A stretch of DNA of 64,000 nt. Source: an uncultured Candidatus Saccharibacteria bacterium. GTDB taxonomy: Bacteria > Patescibacteriota > UBA1384 > CAYGGE01. The notes below the pieces were generated by a model. That model was not told the origin of the DNA and searched no databases. It was given only the letters and a program-made list of their open reading frames with translations. The stretch's first letter is position 1. Each line of letters opens with the position of its first letter. A program made the position numbers and the translations under genes. Shown piece by piece: positions 1-8,648 of this stretch. Location of the stretch: positions 69,204-133,203 of the forward strand of contig CAYGGE010000001.1 of the NCBI GenBank assembly GCA_964349485.1. The letters are read 5' to 3'.

Positions 1-176
1 GGGAGAGATCCAGGAATTCATCCGCTTGACTCGCGGGTACTACTCGATCTCTTTCTGGGACGCTCAACACGCGACCCCGGGGATGGTCCGAGACGTAACT
101 GCCGGCACTCGACGCTGGCGCCGGTAGAATTCGCCGCAAGGCATGATCGTCCGTGAACAACGGACAGAGGGTAATC

Positions 177-803
177 ATGAGAACGAATGTGATAATTGGT
201 GGCTGTGTCATAGCTTTGGCTGGCGGCATAGGCCTGGCCTTAATGATGACCCGATCGATGGTAGAAAAGGCCGGCGGGCGCGAGATCGTGGTGCCGGCAG
301 AGTTGCCAACACATCCCCCTACCAACGCACCCATCGTCGCCAACACAGAAGGCGGCGAGAACCTGACGGCGTCTCTGAGCGAGAATGGCAAGACCATCCT
401 GCTCATGGATAGCAAGCATGAACTGCGGACCAAATGGGAGCAAGATAAGGTGTCTGACAACCACGAGAAGGTTGTCTCTCTCGCCTTCTCCCCGAACGGC
501 TCCCGTCTGGCGGCGATCTACGAGGACGGCTACGTCCACCTCTGGAACGTCGGCATGCGGGAAGATGCCGACTGGCGGTTCGGTTGGGAGGTTCTGCCCA
601 CTCGTAAGCGAGCCGGCCGGCGTCACATTGTCGAATACGCGGACTACGCCGAGGTGGTAAAGGGCGCTGAAGTCAAATACAGCGTCGTGAAGATCGACGA
701 GGCAGAGCGAGTCGGCAGCTACCGGCTCGAGGAGCGGTACACCGAGGGAGTCGGTTACTCCCTCATCGTCAAGGATGTCACCGTCGATGATGGCATCCCG
801 TAG
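177..803 (+). CDS. Membrane-anchored protein, first member of a tandem paralog family. It has an N-terminal TM helix and a single WD40-like motif (FSPNGSRLAAIYEDGYVHLWN). Alternative GTG start at 153.
   Basis: ORF track 153..803. GAGGGT RBS 6 nt before ATG at 177. The SPNGSRL..DG.V.LWN and C-terminal TEGVGYSL motifs are shared with the ORFs at 1101 and 1963. Confidence 0.55.
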   Translation: MRTNVIIGGCVIALAGGIGLALMMTRSMVEKAGGREIVVPAELPTHPPTNAPIVANTEGGENLTASLSENGKTILLMDSKHELRTKWEQDKVSDNHEKVVSLAFSPNGSRLAAIYEDGYVHLWNVGMREDADWRFGWEVLPTRKRAGRRHIVEYADYAEVVKGAEVKYSVVKIDEAERVGSYRLEERYTEGVGYSLIVKDVTVDDGIP

Positions 804-827
804 GGCCAGCTTGGCCCGAAGCATCAG

Positions 828-856
828 AAGCCCTGTCCCCTGTGGACAGGGCTTCT
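828..856 (+). terminator. Stem-loop terminator after paralog 1 (GAAGCCCTGTCC-cctgt-GGACAGGGCTTC)
   Basis: Perfect 12-bp inverted repeat read directly in the sequence, immediately downstream of the stop at 803. Confidence 0.6.
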
Positions 857-891
857 CGCGTATCATAGAGCTATTTTGAGCCTGTTAGTCC

Positions 892-919
892 TTGACAGAT
901 GGCCATTATCGTGCTACAA
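892..919 (+). promoter_or_regulatory. Sigma-70-like promoter: TTGACA (892-897), 16 nt spacer, TACAAT (914-919)
   Basis: Near-consensus -35 and -10 hexamers read in the sequence, upstream of the paralog-2 leader. Confidence 0.55.
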
Positions 920-966
920 TCTCCGGTTAACGATGGCTATTCTGCCTGCCTTAATAACTAAATAAA

Positions 967-1013
967 CTTACGGTGACTCAATTCTCTAACTTAGCGAGCT
1001 GAGTCACCGTAAG
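967..1013 (+). promoter_or_regulatory. Leader-region stem-loop with 14-bp perfect arms (CTTACGGTGACTCA / TGAGTCACCGTAAG) and a 19-nt loop, in the 5' UTR of paralog 2
   Basis: Inverted repeat read directly. It is not followed by a T-tract. It lies between the promoter at 892-919 and the RBS/ATG at 1101. Confidence 0.5.
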
Positions 1014-1100
1014 CAACTGCTTGCGAATACGGTGTACACTCGCGCCGCAAGGCGCCCCTACCCGTCCGCGCAAGCGGACACACTCTTGAAGGAGAGTGAA

Positions 1101-1841
1101 ATGACACGACAGACCAAGGACTACTTGCTCCTTGCTTTCATCACGCTGACCGCACTCCTCGGTGGGGTGATGATCGGGAGAAACTACCCGAGCCAGGCAA
1201 ACGACGAGCAGGAGATCGCCGCCGGCCCGACCCACGCCCAGGCGACGGCCCCAGATGCGGGCACTGAAGAGGGCTACACCGCCACGTCGGCGGATGAGAC
1301 CCTCAACGCTGACCTATCTGTGGACAAGAAGAGCATCGGGCTATTCGATAAAGAAGGGAAACCGCTGCCAGTCAAGTGGGATCAGGGCTCGCTCGCGAGT
1401 CATGGGACCATCACCGACGCGGAATTCAGCCCCAACGGCTCACGGCTCCTCGTGCTCTACTCTGATGGTTATACGCATCTCTGGAATTCGGCGGCCGACT
1501 ACCGTAACGGCCTGGACTGGGCCAAAGGCTGGTCGGTCTATCTACCGCAAGGTGATGACGCAAGTACCGTAAGTACAATCACCGAATACAAAGACGATAA
1601 GGAGGGTGACACAGTCTACAGCGTCGTCGGGCTTAGTAGCGGTGACCTAGACGTGACCCTGATTCTTTCAGAGACATTCACCGAGGGAGTCGGCTACTCC
1701 CTCACCGCCACCAAGGTGGAGGACACGCCGGCCAGCACCCTGCCCAACGGCGGCGAGGGCGATCCTGGCCCTCCTGTCGACGAGAAGCCCGCGCCGGCTA
1801 CTACCAAGCCGGCACCGATCAAGAAAGGGACCAAGGCCTAG
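1101..1841 (+). CDS. Membrane-anchored paralog 2 (FSPNGSRLLVLYSDGYTHLWN ... TEGVGYSL) with a Pro/Thr-rich C-terminal tail
   Basis: ORF track 1032..1841. Strong RBS GGAGAG before ATG at 1101, and the upstream part of the track ORF covers the leader hairpin. Paralogous to 177..803 and 1963..2655. Confidence 0.6.
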   Translation: MTRQTKDYLLLAFITLTALLGGVMIGRNYPSQANDEQEIAAGPTHAQATAPDAGTEEGYTATSADETLNADLSVDKKSIGLFDKEGKPLPVKWDQGSLASHGTITDAEFSPNGSRLLVLYSDGYTHLWNSAADYRNGLDWAKGWSVYLPQGDDASTVSTITEYKDDKEGDTVYSVVGLSSGDLDVTLILSETFTEGVGYSLTATKVEDTPASTLPNGGEGDPGPPVDEKPAPATTKPAPIKKGTKA

Positions 1842-1873
1842 CTGGCCGCGGTCCCCTACCACACGAGCACAAG

Positions 1874-1900
1874 AGGCCCGACCCAGCTGGGTCGGGCCTC
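1874..1900 (+). terminator. GC-rich palindromic hairpin downstream of paralog 2 (GAGGCCCGACCCAGCTGGGTCGGGCCTC)
   Basis: 13-bp inverted repeat read in the sequence. There is no clear U-tract. Confidence 0.45.
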
Positions 1901-1962
1901 GCTCAAATCTAGGTAAGGCAAGGATGCCTCTATCGCTCATCTCGAAAGAAGGAGAAGTGAAC

Positions 1963-2655
1963 ATGAGCGTTGAATCTGAGGACCAAGAGGAGCAACCGAT
2001 CGCTTACTGGTCAAGCGAGATCGAAGTCTTCGAGCGTCAGGCATTCATCACCGGTTATCGGCAAGCGATGGAAAAAGCTTTCTCGCGAACAATGCTAGCA
2101 GTCTGTGCCGTCGGCTTTCTGGGTAGCTTCTTCGGAGCTGCAGCTAGTCACTGGACAAACCAGCAGCAAGCTGCCGTGCGACCAACAGTCATCGCGCCGC
2201 TCGACATCCCCCCTACCCTACCAATTACCGAAAAACAGGTTGGTTCGGATGATGTTCGGGTAATGATCGAGGACGACACGATCAAACTGACGCAGTCTGA
2301 TGGCATAAGGCTACCGACCAACTGGCGTCAAAACCGGCACGGGAAACCACTGTCGACCAGCCTCTCGCCGAACCGGAGCCGGCTCGCAGTCAGTTATATG
2401 GACGGTCAAGTCTGGCTCTGGAACATCGCCATGCGCAACGCCCCTACTTGGGCCGACGGCTGGCAGGTGCTACCGGCGAAGGAAGGGGTCGTCCGGACAC
2501 TGACCAGCTATGAGGTGGCGGACGACGGCGAAGTCCAGCGACACCGACTGGTCATAAGCGAGAATCTCCAGCCCATCCCTTTCCTCCTCACCGAGCGGTT
2601 CGATAAAACTGCCGGTAAGGGAGGCGGTTATGTCCTCGACGTAGCCGTAGAATGA
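1963..2655 (+). CDS. Membrane-anchored paralog 3 (LSPNRSRLAVSYMDGQVWLWN ... WADGWQVLP)
   Basis: ORF track 1924..2655. RBS GAAGGAGAAG before ATG at 1963. Motif is conserved with paralogs 1 and 2. Confidence 0.6.
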   Translation: MSVESEDQEEQPIAYWSSEIEVFERQAFITGYRQAMEKAFSRTMLAVCAVGFLGSFFGAAASHWTNQQQAAVRPTVIAPLDIPPTLPITEKQVGSDDVRVMIEDDTIKLTQSDGIRLPTNWRQNRHGKPLSTSLSPNRSRLAVSYMDGQVWLWNIAMRNAPTWADGWQVLPAKEGVVRTLTSYEVADDGEVQRHRLVISENLQPIPFLLTERFDKTAGKGGGYVLDVAVE

Positions 2656-2661
2656 AGCAGG

Positions 2662-2692
2662 CCGGCCCCCCGAGTGCGGGGGGCCGGTTTTT
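2662..2692 (+). terminator. Rho-independent terminator (CCGGCCCCCCG-agtg-CGGGGGGCCGG followed by TTTTT)
   Basis: Perfect 11-bp GC stem plus T-run directly after the stop at 2655. Confidence 0.8.
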
Positions 2693-2750
2693 GCTATCCG
2701 AGCGTAGTCACCTATGCTATAATTCAACTACAACATAAGGTGGGGAGACT

Positions 2751-3224
2751 ATGCAGTATAAGGTACCGCAGCATATTGACGAGGAAGATAAGATCCTCGG
2801 TCCGTTGACGTTTATTGACTTTATCTACCTTTTAGTTGGCGGAGCGCTGATTCTGTTTTGCTTTGTCTTGTTCGATTTTGGTCTCTTTCTCTTCCTCGCT
2901 ATCCCGATCGCTCTCCTATCGGCCGCATTGGCGCTAATTAAAGTCCAAGATCAGCCCTTTAGTCGATTTCTGGTAACATTTCTGCTCTACTTACGTCAGC
3001 CAAAAAGACGGGTTTGGGCTGATCTTGAAGCCGAAGAGGATGAAACAGCCAGCCAGCTACTCGATATTGTTGCCGATCGTGAGGTCAAATTTGCGAGGAA
3101 GGCAGGTAATACAGCATCGGCAGCTACAGCCCCACCATCACCGACTGTTATTAAAACCGATGCCTCGCCGATTGTTTATCCTACCAAACCCGCTCGCAGG
3201 GTCCAAGTCACCTTAGCCTCGTAG
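2751..3224 (+). CDS. PrgI/VirB3-like small membrane protein of a type IV secretion system
   Basis: N-terminus (QYKVPQHIDEEDKILGPLTFIDFIYLLVGGALILF) followed by two hydrophobic helices resembles the PrgI/VirB3 family. It sits immediately upstream of the VirB4 ATPase. Confidence 0.55.
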   Translation: MQYKVPQHIDEEDKILGPLTFIDFIYLLVGGALILFCFVLFDFGLFLFLAIPIALLSAALALIKVQDQPFSRFLVTFLLYLRQPKRRVWADLEAEEDETASQLLDIVADREVKFARKAGNTASAATAPPSPTVIKTDASPIVYPTKPARRVQVTLAS

Positions 3225-3232
3225 GAAGTATC

Positions 3233-3862
3233 ATGACCAAGCCTTCCCCTACTCAACACTACCTCAACCTAGCCGATATAAAGGATGGTTGTTTGGTTCT
3301 GCGTAATGGCGAGGTAAGACAAGTACTGATTGTGAGCGCTCTGAACTTTGCTTTAAAGAGCGAACAGGAACAGTCAGCGATTATTTATCAGTATCAAGCC
3401 TTCCTAAACTCACTGCCCTTTTCGATCCAAATCGTCGTTCAATCACGACAGCTTGACCTAACGACCTACCTCGCCAAGCTGAAAACCCAGGCCGAGCAGA
3501 CCACTAACCTGGCTCTCAAGGCTCAGATGCTTGAGTACCTCGACTTCGTTGGCCGGCTGGTGACTTTAGGCAATATCATGGAGAAACGATTTTATGTAGT
3601 AATCCCCTACGCGACGGCGGCTGCCCGCACGAGAAGCCTGTTTGGCCAACTATTGAAACGCCAGACGGTCTTTATCGAAGAAGCAGAGTTTAAGGTCGCT
3701 AAAGCCAAGCTCGACGAACGGGCCGAATCGATTCGCCAAGGCTTGGGCAGCATGGGTCTAGTGGCTAATGTGGCGACTAAAGAAGAAGTGGCAAAGATGT
3801 TGTACCAAACCTATAACCCGATCGAAACAGGAGAGGTAGCGGTCAGTCCGCTCGCATCATGA
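3233..3862 (+). CDS. virB4: VirB4/TrbE-family conjugative ATPase, N-terminal (CagE_TrbE_VirB-like) portion. It is probably the 5' part of a single virB4 gene interrupted by a -1 frame change.
   Basis: Sequence (LADIKDGCLVLRNGEVRQVLIVSALNF ... ) resembles VirB4 N-termini. It ends in a TGA that overlaps the ATG of the next ORF (ATGA at 3859-3862). The downstream frame is already open from 3817. Confidence 0.6.
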   Translation: MTKPSPTQHYLNLADIKDGCLVLRNGEVRQVLIVSALNFALKSEQEQSAIIYQYQAFLNSLPFSIQIVVQSRQLDLTTYLAKLKTQAEQTTNLALKAQMLEYLDFVGRLVTLGNIMEKRFYVVIPYATAAARTRSLFGQLLKRQTVFIEEAEFKVAKAKLDERAESIRQGLGSMGLVANVATKEEVAKMLYQTYNPIETGEVAVSPLAS

Positions 3863-5673
3863 ACAAGACTAAACAGCCCAAACAAGTTGAGACCCCCAAA
3901 ACCAGCCCGATTACCAGTGCCATGAACGCCATCGCGCCGGCAGCTTTTCTGATGACCGCCGACCATATCCAGCTTAACAACCTGTACGCCAAGACATTAT
4001 TCGTCTATACCTATCCCCACTTCCTCGAGACCAACTGGGTCTATCCACTAATTAATTTAGATATTCCGATGGATATTTCTTTCTTTATCTATCCGATCGA
4101 CAGCAACAGTCTACTCCCCCAGCTTCGCCGGAAATCGACCCAGCTCCATGCCAGTTTTAGTATCGAGCAGGATAAGGGCTTGGTACGTAACCCAGAGCTT
4201 GAGGCCGCGATTACCGATATCGAACAGCTTCGCGACACCTTAGTTCGGGGTGAAGCTCGACTGTTTCACTTAGGATTATACTTCACAATCTATGGCAAAA
4301 CACAGGAAGCGCTCTCGTCGGGCATCAAACAGATTGAGTCGTACTTGAACGGCGCCCTTATTTACACGAAGCAGGCCTTCTTACAGATGGAACAAGGTTT
4401 TAACTCGACCCTACCGATTGGCACCGACGAACTAGCCATCACCCGCAACCTCGACACTGGCTCGCTGTCCACCACCTTCCCCTTTACCTCGGCCTCCTTG
4501 ACATCCAACGAAGGTATCCTCTACGGCATCAATCGACACAATAATTCATTGATACTGTTTGACCGATTTAACCTTGAAAATGCCAATTCGCTGATCCTCG
4601 GTAAGGCTGGAAGCGGTAAAAGTTACTTAGTCAAACTAGAGATCTTACGGACCCTCATGATGGGTACCGACGTGATCGTTATTGACCCTGAGAATGAATA
4701 TCGGGCCTTGGCTGAGACCCTAGGTGGGACATACTTGAATTTTTCGATCAATTCCCAAACCCGCATTAACCCACTCGACTTGCCACCGCCTTACGAGGGT
4801 GAAAGCGGTGAGGATATTGTTCGTACAGCGATCGTGACCGCCCGCAGTCTCATATCGCTCATGGTCAACGGCCTCTCGCCAGAAGAAGACGCGGTGCTCG
4901 ATAAAGTGTTGTTGGAAGTTTATAAACGAAAAGGGATCACCACCGATATCGCCACTCACGGCAATCCACCACCACTACTAGCAGATGTCGTCGCCCTACT
5001 CGGTCAGTCGACGGGCATGCAACAGTTGGCGGTTCGTCTTGAACGCTATACTGAAGGGACGCTGTCTGGTCTCTTTAATCAGCCGACCAATATCAATTTG
5101 AATAACGGCTTTCTGGTCTTCTCAATTCGCGACCTTGAAGAACAGCTTAGACCAATTGGTAGTTACATTATCCTGTCGTTCATCTGGAACACCATCCGCC
5201 ACGAACTACGTAAACGAATGCTGGTCATCGATGAGGCTTGGATCTTGCTTCAGCACGAGGACTCAGCCGCCTACCTTTATTCCTTCGCCAAGAGGGCTAG
5301 AAAATATTACCTTGGCATGACCACGATAAGCCAGGACGTGGAAGACTTCTTAGACTCGAAATATGGCCGATCGATCATCAATAACACATCATTACAGATA
5401 CTACTTAAACAGTCGACCTCGGCGATCGATAAGGTAGCTAACGCCTTCAACTTAACCGAAGGCGAGAAACTGTTACTCCTTGAATCAGATATCGGCGACG
5501 GGCTATTCTTCGCTGGGCAAAACCACGTGGCCATTAAAGTCATCGCTTCAGGAATTGAGGATCAGATGATTACCACCAACCCGCAAGAAATTCTGGCCGA
5601 ACGAGCGATCGCCGAGCAAGCCGCAACGCAAGAAGGTACTCAGCCAGCGCGGCCAACTGCGCCGGCCGCTTAG
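3859..5673 (+). CDS. virB4: VirB4/TrbE/PrgJ-family T4SS ATPase (C-terminal ATPase portion)
   Basis: Walker A LILGKAGSGKSY, VIDPENEY and a Walker B-like MLVIDEAWILL. Size plus the upstream N-terminal fragment totals about 810 aa, typical of VirB4. Confidence 0.8.
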   Translation: MNKTKQPKQVETPKTSPITSAMNAIAPAAFLMTADHIQLNNLYAKTLFVYTYPHFLETNWVYPLINLDIPMDISFFIYPIDSNSLLPQLRRKSTQLHASFSIEQDKGLVRNPELEAAITDIEQLRDTLVRGEARLFHLGLYFTIYGKTQEALSSGIKQIESYLNGALIYTKQAFLQMEQGFNSTLPIGTDELAITRNLDTGSLSTTFPFTSASLTSNEGILYGINRHNNSLILFDRFNLENANSLILGKAGSGKSYLVKLEILRTLMMGTDVIVIDPENEYRALAETLGGTYLNFSINSQTRINPLDLPPPYEGESGEDIVRTAIVTARSLISLMVNGLSPEEDAVLDKVLLEVYKRKGITTDIATHGNPPPLLADVVALLGQSTGMQQLAVRLERYTEGTLSGLFNQPTNINLNNGFLVFSIRDLEEQLRPIGSYIILSFIWNTIRHELRKRMLVIDEAWILLQHEDSAAYLYSFAKRARKYYLGMTTISQDVEDFLDSKYGRSIINNTSLQILLKQSTSAIDKVANAFNLTEGEKLLLLESDIGDGLFFAGQNHVAIKVIASGIEDQMITTNPQEILAERAIAEQAATQEGTQPARPTAPAA

Positions 5674-5682
5674 GGACATCTC

Positions 5683-6477
5683 GTGAAGCTTGCGATTGTT
5701 CTATTTATCGGCATCATCTTCTTTGTCGGCCTCCCGCTTCTTATGAGTCCATTCTTCGCCGGCACTGGCGGTCAAGGTGAGGGTGTAAGTAGCGGTGAAA
5801 GCATCGCCGTTAGTCCACAAACTGGGCCACGCACCGACGGCGGCACCACCAGTGATGAAGTTCCTGCCCCACTTAAAAAGCTCTTTGAAGAGGCAGATGA
5901 CGCTACGGATACCTCGACCCCGGCCTCACTCTTAGCGGCCATCTCACACCAGGAATGCGGCCGCCTCTGGACATATACTGAAAAGAATTTACAGATAGTT
6001 CAGACGATTATCGATAACAATGATGACGTAGCTCATGTTCCAGTTGGTCTGGGCGATGCAAAAAGTCGAGTCCATCCTAACTCATGGGGCTGTGGATTTA
6101 AAAATGATTCAAATGTATGGGGGCCGATGCAGTTTCTGGACACAACGTGGGGTATTGCGAGTGGCGCCGACGCAACAACTCACCCAATCCCCCGAGCAGT
6201 CGGCTACGGCGCTAAGGCAAGTCAGTTCACTAACCGCGCTCCAGCCTTTGCCAACCAACCGGTTGTTTCTATGTTGAGCATCAAGGATTCGGTTTACGGG
6301 GCGAGTATCATGCTCTACGAAAACGCCAGTCAGCCAACGGTTTGGACTGAGGCGACAGTTAAGAAAACAGCGGCCAGGTACTACGGCAGTTGTGAGGGTG
6401 AACATGCGTCTTATTGCCAAAACATAGTAAGTAAGTGGCGTCGCTATGCTCCCCAATTTGAAGGAGATACACCATGA
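5683..6477 (+). CDS. Membrane-anchored lytic transglycosylase (SLT domain, VirB1-like) associated with the T4SS
   Basis: N-terminal TM helix. SLT motifs LLAAISHQECG (catalytic Glu context) and GPMQF...TW. GTG start with 9-nt spacing after the VirB4 stop. Confidence 0.6.
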   Translation: MKLAIVLFIGIIFFVGLPLLMSPFFAGTGGQGEGVSSGESIAVSPQTGPRTDGGTTSDEVPAPLKKLFEEADDATDTSTPASLLAAISHQECGRLWTYTEKNLQIVQTIIDNNDDVAHVPVGLGDAKSRVHPNSWGCGFKNDSNVWGPMQFLDTTWGIASGADATTHPIPRAVGYGAKASQFTNRAPAFANQPVVSMLSIKDSVYGASIMLYENASQPTVWTEATVKKTAARYYGSCEGEHASYCQNIVSKWRRYAPQFEGDTP

Positions 6478-7466
6478 GGAAGCTTTGGGAACAGGTCCGT
6501 CACTACCAGTATTGGATTATCCTTGGTGTCGTCTTAATCGCCGTATTGTTTAGCCTATTCAACCGTCGCTCAAATCCGTCTGCGCCAACTGGCACACCCG
6601 CCAAGACGCCTTCAGCCGTCACACCGCTGTCACGCTCCCCGGCAGCAATCAAACAACCAGTAAGCGATAGCCTGGATACCCTTTCGAACCATCCATTTCC
6701 TGCAGCCGCACTCGATGTAAACACAAAAACGATCGTCTACCACGACTTCGATAACGATGCATTTAAGCGATATACACTAAGTAGTGGGGCTGAACAGACC
6801 ATCGCTAAGGCCTCCGTCTACCTCACTAAAGCTCTGTGGTCACCCGACTTTACAACCCTCATCATTCAAGCCCTCAATGAAGTTGGTCGAGTAGGCACCA
6901 ACCCGTTTTATAGTGAAGCTCGACCTTTTGGGAGTACAGTTGTCGGCTCATACAAGTTACAAACCAAGCGATTCACTCCGCTCAACCCTAACATAAAAGA
7001 GATTGCCTATATCAGTCCCCAAGAAATTATCTATCAGTTTAACGACGGCCGACACAATAACATTTCAGTCGCCCAGGTTGATGGCAGTGCTTGGAAAAAT
7101 ATCAGCCGTCCGAAGGGTGAGGTGGCACTTCGTAACGCTGGCTACACGGCACTGCTTCAGGAGGTCGGGCAACCAAAGATCACTCGACATGGAGCTAATG
7201 GGAAAGTGATGGAAACAATCGACGTACCGACCGACCTCAAGCTCGCTCAAAGTAGTTGGACTGGGTCTGGTCGACAGGCACTGTACTGGATCGAGGAAGA
7301 TGGGCAGATCGCTATCAAACAGCTACGCGCCAATAAAAGCGAACTAGTGGCCACTGTTACGCTAAACACTGAAGATTTAGTCATTTTGTGGGATAATGAA
7401 ACAGGTGAGGTCTATCTGGCCAATTTTGACGGCCTGTTCAAACTCAATAGTATTGCCAAACCATAG
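6474..7466 (+). CDS. Membrane-anchored extracytoplasmic protein with TolB/PD40-like beta-propeller features (WSPDF motif)
   Basis: ORF track. N-terminal TM helix. WSPDF motif shared with the next ORF. 4-nt overlap with the upstream gene. Confidence 0.45.
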   Translation: MRKLWEQVRHYQYWIILGVVLIAVLFSLFNRRSNPSAPTGTPAKTPSAVTPLSRSPAAIKQPVSDSLDTLSNHPFPAAALDVNTKTIVYHDFDNDAFKRYTLSSGAEQTIAKASVYLTKALWSPDFTTLIIQALNEVGRVGTNPFYSEARPFGSTVVGSYKLQTKRFTPLNPNIKEIAYISPQEIIYQFNDGRHNNISVAQVDGSAWKNISRPKGEVALRNAGYTALLQEVGQPKITRHGANGKVMETIDVPTDLKLAQSSWTGSGRQALYWIEEDGQIAIKQLRANKSELVATVTLNTEDLVILWDNETGEVYLANFDGLFKLNSIAKP

Positions 7467-7473
7467 GACACCC

Positions 7474-8640
7474 ATGAGTCGACTTTACCTGTCATTAATC
7501 TTAGCTTTCATTGCCCTGGGTCTAGCTGGCTTTGTTTTTTGGCGCTATTTCTACCTTGGAACTCTAGTTTTAGATCTTGTTCCCACTCAGGCGACCGTCA
7601 CTCTGAATGGAGTGGCCGTGCCCGATCGGACGTTGCATTTGCGTCGGGGAACGTACGAGGTAACGGTCAGCGCACCTGGCTATCGCAATGAGTCATTCAC
7701 TCACACATCTAGCCTCGGCAGACAGGCCAATAAACGACTAGAGCTCGTCTCGCTCCCTCGGCCAAAGCTGATACTGGATGGGGCTATTAGTTCAGTGGCC
7801 ACCAATGCTGAACGGACTCACCTATTTTTCGTCAAAGATCATACTCTCTATCGCCTTAACTTAGCTGTCGCTGGACAACCCGCCCAAGCGATCACTCCGA
7901 AGCTAGCTGGTATCGTTCGAGTCGATTGGTCGCCTGACTTTGCGTTAGCGATTCTCTACAAAACGAATGGCGAAGTAGGACTATACGACTTTAATCGCTA
8001 CGATCTACTCAATCAAAGTTACAAAGTGCTCGGCCAGACAATCACGGCAACGACCTGGGAGGCTGACGGTAGCGCCTACTACTACCTCAATCAATTACCC
8101 GATGGCACGAACCTCTTAGTCAAGGCCGATCGGTCAGGGACTGACATTGCTCGTTACGATCACATTGGCGTGCCAGCTGGCACAAAAGTTACCTTAGTCA
8201 GCGGACCAGCCAATCAAGTCTTAATCACCGGAACAGACCGTCAGAGGCCGAACGATATTATCGTTAGCGATAACTACACCCGAACGATCACCCCGCTAAC
8301 CACTAGTCAAAATGCTTTTGCCCCTGTCCTCTCCCCCTCCAAGAAATATCTTGCCTATCTTGAGAATGGTGAGTTAGTCGTTGCCACAGCTGCCGGCAAA
8401 GATCGACGGAATACGAACCTGAGGCCGAGAGCCAATAGCTACGCTTTTGTTTCCGAAACCAGCCTCGCTGTACTCACTGCCAACATGATCAGCTTAATTA
8501 ACCCCCAAACGGGAGAGACCACGAGTCACGAGGTTTACGCCCCCGATGATACGATTACGGCACTTATTGCGAGTGCTGATGGCAAGGTAGTATCCTATGT
8601 CTACAAAGGCAATCTATTTGCCCTACCTCTTGGCCGGTAA
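7474..8640 (+). CDS. Membrane-anchored TolB-like beta-propeller protein
   Basis: ORF track 7396..8640. More likely start at ATG 7474 (MSRLYLSLILAFIALGLAGFVFW), just after the upstream stop at 7466. WSPDF motif. Confidence 0.45.
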   Translation: MSRLYLSLILAFIALGLAGFVFWRYFYLGTLVLDLVPTQATVTLNGVAVPDRTLHLRRGTYEVTVSAPGYRNESFTHTSSLGRQANKRLELVSLPRPKLILDGAISSVATNAERTHLFFVKDHTLYRLNLAVAGQPAQAITPKLAGIVRVDWSPDFALAILYKTNGEVGLYDFNRYDLLNQSYKVLGQTITATTWEADGSAYYYLNQLPDGTNLLVKADRSGTDIARYDHIGVPAGTKVTLVSGPANQVLITGTDRQRPNDIIVSDNYTRTITPLTTSQNAFAPVLSPSKKYLAYLENGELVVATAAGKDRRNTNLRPRANSYAFVSETSLAVLTANMISLINPQTGETTSHEVYAPDDTITALIASADGKVVSYVYKGNLFALPLGR

Positions 8641-8648
8641 GGAGCAGT

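Noticed and set aside
240-866. 208-aa minus-strand ORF fully overlapping paralog 1, and similar antisense ORFs at 385..660, 978..1235, 1255..1572, 1668..1964 and 2470..2727
   Set aside because: They lie antisense or out of frame inside GC-rich coding regions that carry clear motifs on the other strand. The ORF at 978..1235 spans the promoter and leader hairpin. These are typical GC-rich shadow ORFs.
3859-3862. Programmed ribosomal frameshift site at the VirB4 junction
   Set aside because: No slippery heptamer (X XXY YYZ) or downstream pseudoknot is evident. An indel or a genuine split is more likely, and it is reported as a finding rather than as programmed frameshifting.
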